Notes under the pieces: generated by a model
The model's input: the letters and a program-made list of their open reading frames with translations, nothing else
What the model was told of the DNA's origin: nothing
Database searches by the model: none
From: a virus
Taxonomy: Duplodnaviria; Caudoviricetes
Reading direction: 5' to 3' (one strand)
IMG/VR virus record: IMGVR_UViG_3300012041_000055
Span: 1-28,450 of that record
Length of the DNA: 28,450 nt
Part shown: piece by piece, positions 26,864 through 28,450 of the stretch
Layout: each line of letters begins with the position of its first letter
Position numbering within the stretch: position 1 is the first letter of the stretch
Program-made: the position numbers and the translations under genes

Positions 26864-28111
26864 TCATACTTCTGCCCTTCGTAGTGCCAGATACATTGCT
26901 CGTCTGTCAGCGATTATGATCACATGACCCTTCGCCCTCGTTATGGCGGTGTAGAAATTTCTACGGTTAAGAAGAAATGCCTGCCCCCTCGAAATGCAAT
27001 AAATAACAGTCTCGAACTCAGAACCTTGCGCTTTGTGAGTCGTAATCGCATAGCCCAACTCCAATTGTTTCCTTGGGTCATATTGGATATGTGTTCCATG
27101 GTAGTAGCTGAACATCTTTACTCTTGGAGGCACGATCACATGACGATCACCCAGCAACAGACCACACGATCCTTCGTCTTCATCTACCCAATCCACCGTA
27201 CCAATCTCTCCGTTGAATAGGTCTAAATTGTAATCGTTCTTGATCCAAATGAACTTGTCCTTTGGCTTGACTATTAGTTTAGCTTCCTTCTCGTCATATC
27301 GATCCACACGAAGACCGCCCTTATACTTATTAAACTTCAATTGCAGCGTTGGATTGGTCTTACTTGTTCCGTAATTACCACGCCTTGTCGGCATGATAAT
27401 CTGTCGATTGTCTTTCGCAAACTCACCAGTTGCAAACTCTGCCAACGTCTTCATTGGCCAATCGCTATACAATACCTCGAACCGATCATTCCTGATCGGA
27501 ATTGACCCACGTAGTATTCGCATCGCATTGGATACAATATGATCCTCGCTCCTGAAATTATGATGTAGTTCTATCATCGGTCGCTCTTTCAAAATCTTAA
27601 TGAAAGGCGGCTCGCCGTCCTCAACTGGTGGCAACTGATTGTTGTCACCAAAGAACCTGATCACTCCACCATTCGGCAACGCGTCGATCAATTGTCTATA
27701 CAATGTAGGTGCGACCATAGACGCCTCGTCTACGATCACAACCATTTCATCGAGTCGATTGAACCTGTTCCGCTTCGGTTCAGTCGGATCAACCACACCG
27801 AAATCGTCCTCATCTGGACGGGGAAACTCCAGCAGTCTATGTATCGTCTTGGCTGGTATCCCCGTCAGTTCCTGAATGCGCTTTGCTGCACGACCGGTCG
27901 GAGCGGCCAGGACAACCTTGCGTCCCCGTCTGGCGAGTGTCTCATACACCTTGCCGAGGACCAACGTTTTTCCTGTACCTGCTCCGCCGGTTACACTTGC
28001 GATCAAAGTCGATAGATCGCAACACAGCATGACAGCGTTCTCCTGTTCCACACTGAGAACCGTCTCATGTTCCGGCCTTGGAGCCGGTTTGTTCACCTTA
28101 GCTTTGACCAC
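26864..28111 (-). CDS. RecD/Dda-like superfamily 1B helicase
   Basis: GGAGTGKT (Walker A), APTGRAAK, TIHRLL, DEASMV, GDNNQLPPV, YAITTHKAQGSE, YTAITRAK; GGAGG RBS before GTG. Confidence 0.95.
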   Translation of the reverse strand: MVKAKVNKPAPRPEHETVLSVEQENAVMLCCDLSTLIASVTGGAGTGKTLVLGKVYETLARRGRKVVLAAPTGRAAKRIQELTGIPAKTIHRLLEFPRPDEDDFGVVDPTEPKRNRFNRLDEMVVIVDEASMVAPTLYRQLIDALPNGGVIRFFGDNNQLPPVEDGEPPFIKILKERPMIELHHNFRSEDHIVSNAMRILRGSIPIRNDRFEVLYSDWPMKTLAEFATGEFAKDNRQIIMPTRRGNYGTSKTNPTLQLKFNKYKGGLRVDRYDEKEAKLIVKPKDKFIWIKNDYNLDLFNGEIGTVDWVDEDEGSCGLLLGDRHVIVPPRVKMFSYYHGTHIQYDPRKQLELGYAITTHKAQGSEFETVIYCISRGQAFLLNRRNFYTAITRAKGHVIIIADRRAMYLALRRAEV

Positions 28112-28112
28112 G

Positions 28113-28388
28113 TTATACCTCCGACAGTTTGACGCGTTTTCCTGGTACAGTCATTGGGCTAACCTTTGGCTTCGGAACCTCCGGTTCTTCTGCTTCTGCT
28201 AGTATCTGCTCGGCAGCTTGTATGAGTACCATCCTGGTAAAGTCAGCTTGGGCCAGTCCGAGATGCCGAGCAGCCAAATCGATCTTACGCTTATCGCCGA
28301 TGTACATACGAGTCAGCACCGCAGTACTCCCTGGGCGCCGAAATGAATACAAGTCCACGACGATCCGTTGCGGTAGCGCCACTTTCAT
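28113..28388 (-). CDS. Ribbon-helix-helix-like DNA-binding protein
   Basis: ATG at 28388 with AGGAG (28391-28395), close spacing. 'TAVLTRM..GDKRKIDLAARHLGLAQADFTRMVLIQAAEQIL' fits the strand-helix-G-helix pattern of Arc/CopG/DUF1778-type RHH proteins. Confidence 0.6.
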   Translation of the reverse strand: MKVALPQRIVVDLYSFRRPGSTAVLTRMYIGDKRKIDLAARHLGLAQADFTRMVLIQAAEQILAEAEEPEVPKPKVSPMTVPGKRVKLSEV

Positions 28389-28406
28389 TTCTCCTGTGGT
28401 TGTGGC

Positions 28407-28446
28407 GGTGTATGACTCACACTTACCTTTGTATGAGTCATACACC
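28407..28446. promoter_or_regulatory. Tandem pair of palindromic sites (operator-like) upstream of the RHH-like gene
   Basis: GTATGACTCACAC (28410-28422) and GTATGAGTCATAC (28431-28443), centres 21 bp apart; together they also form the inverted repeat GGTGTATGACTCA...TGAGTCATACACC. Confidence 0.65.
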
Positions 28447-28450
28447 ACCG

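Larger units (their letters stand above)
885..28443. repeat. Dispersed palindrome GTRYGASTCRYAC (often T...A extended), genome-wide
   Basis: Perfect 13-mers start at 885, 2858, 4748, 6613, 8610, 11090, 14734, 15697, 17010, 18046, 20030, 21758, 24873, 25839, 26857, 28410, 28431. Near matches start at 1796, 3309, 4055, 5697, 5821, 7284, 7906, 8928, 10144, 12398, 19354, 22696, 24134, 26828, 27033; half-site at 18856-18864. Counted by eye. Confidence 0.95.

Noticed and set aside
885-28443. Palindrome as a T7-type phage RNA polymerase promoter (shares ACGACTCAC with TAATACGACTCACTATAG)
   Set aside because: The motif is symmetric, occurs in both central orientations (G or C) within the same arm, has no conserved AT-rich upstream or initiation flank, and no RNA polymerase gene is in the window. 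Not fully excluded.
28407-28446. CRISPR-like mini-array
   Set aside because: Units are only 13 bp with an 8-bp gap, other copies are ~1 kb apart, and no cas genes are present.
28389-28448. N-terminal extension of the RHH-like ORF (MVYDSYKGKCESYT...)
   Set aside because: It is just the translation of the two palindromes (YDSY, CESY); ATG 28388 has an AGGAG upstream.

Overview
Almost fully coding segment of a tailed dsDNA phage with podovirus-type architecture. The + strand (1-23319) is the virion arm: portal C-terminus, scaffold, major capsid, candidate decoration protein, tail adaptor and nozzle, two paralogous tail fibres, a beta-helix tailspike-like protein, a 1077-aa repeat protein and five putative internal/ejection proteins. 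The - strand (23316-28388) is a convergent replication arm: ribbon-helix-helix (RHH)-like protein, RecD/Dda-like SF1B helicase, a family A DNA polymerase fused to a UDG-like domain, and small ORFs. The most striking unexplained signal is a 13-15 bp palindrome, (T)GTRYGASTCRYAC(A). I count 17 perfect and about 15 near copies, roughly one per kb. They sit at most gene junctions, supply the stop codon of six genes, are also embedded in coding sequence, and occur as a tandem pair just upstream of the RHH-like gene, the best candidate binder. All calls come from reading motifs and gene order by eye; no searches were run.
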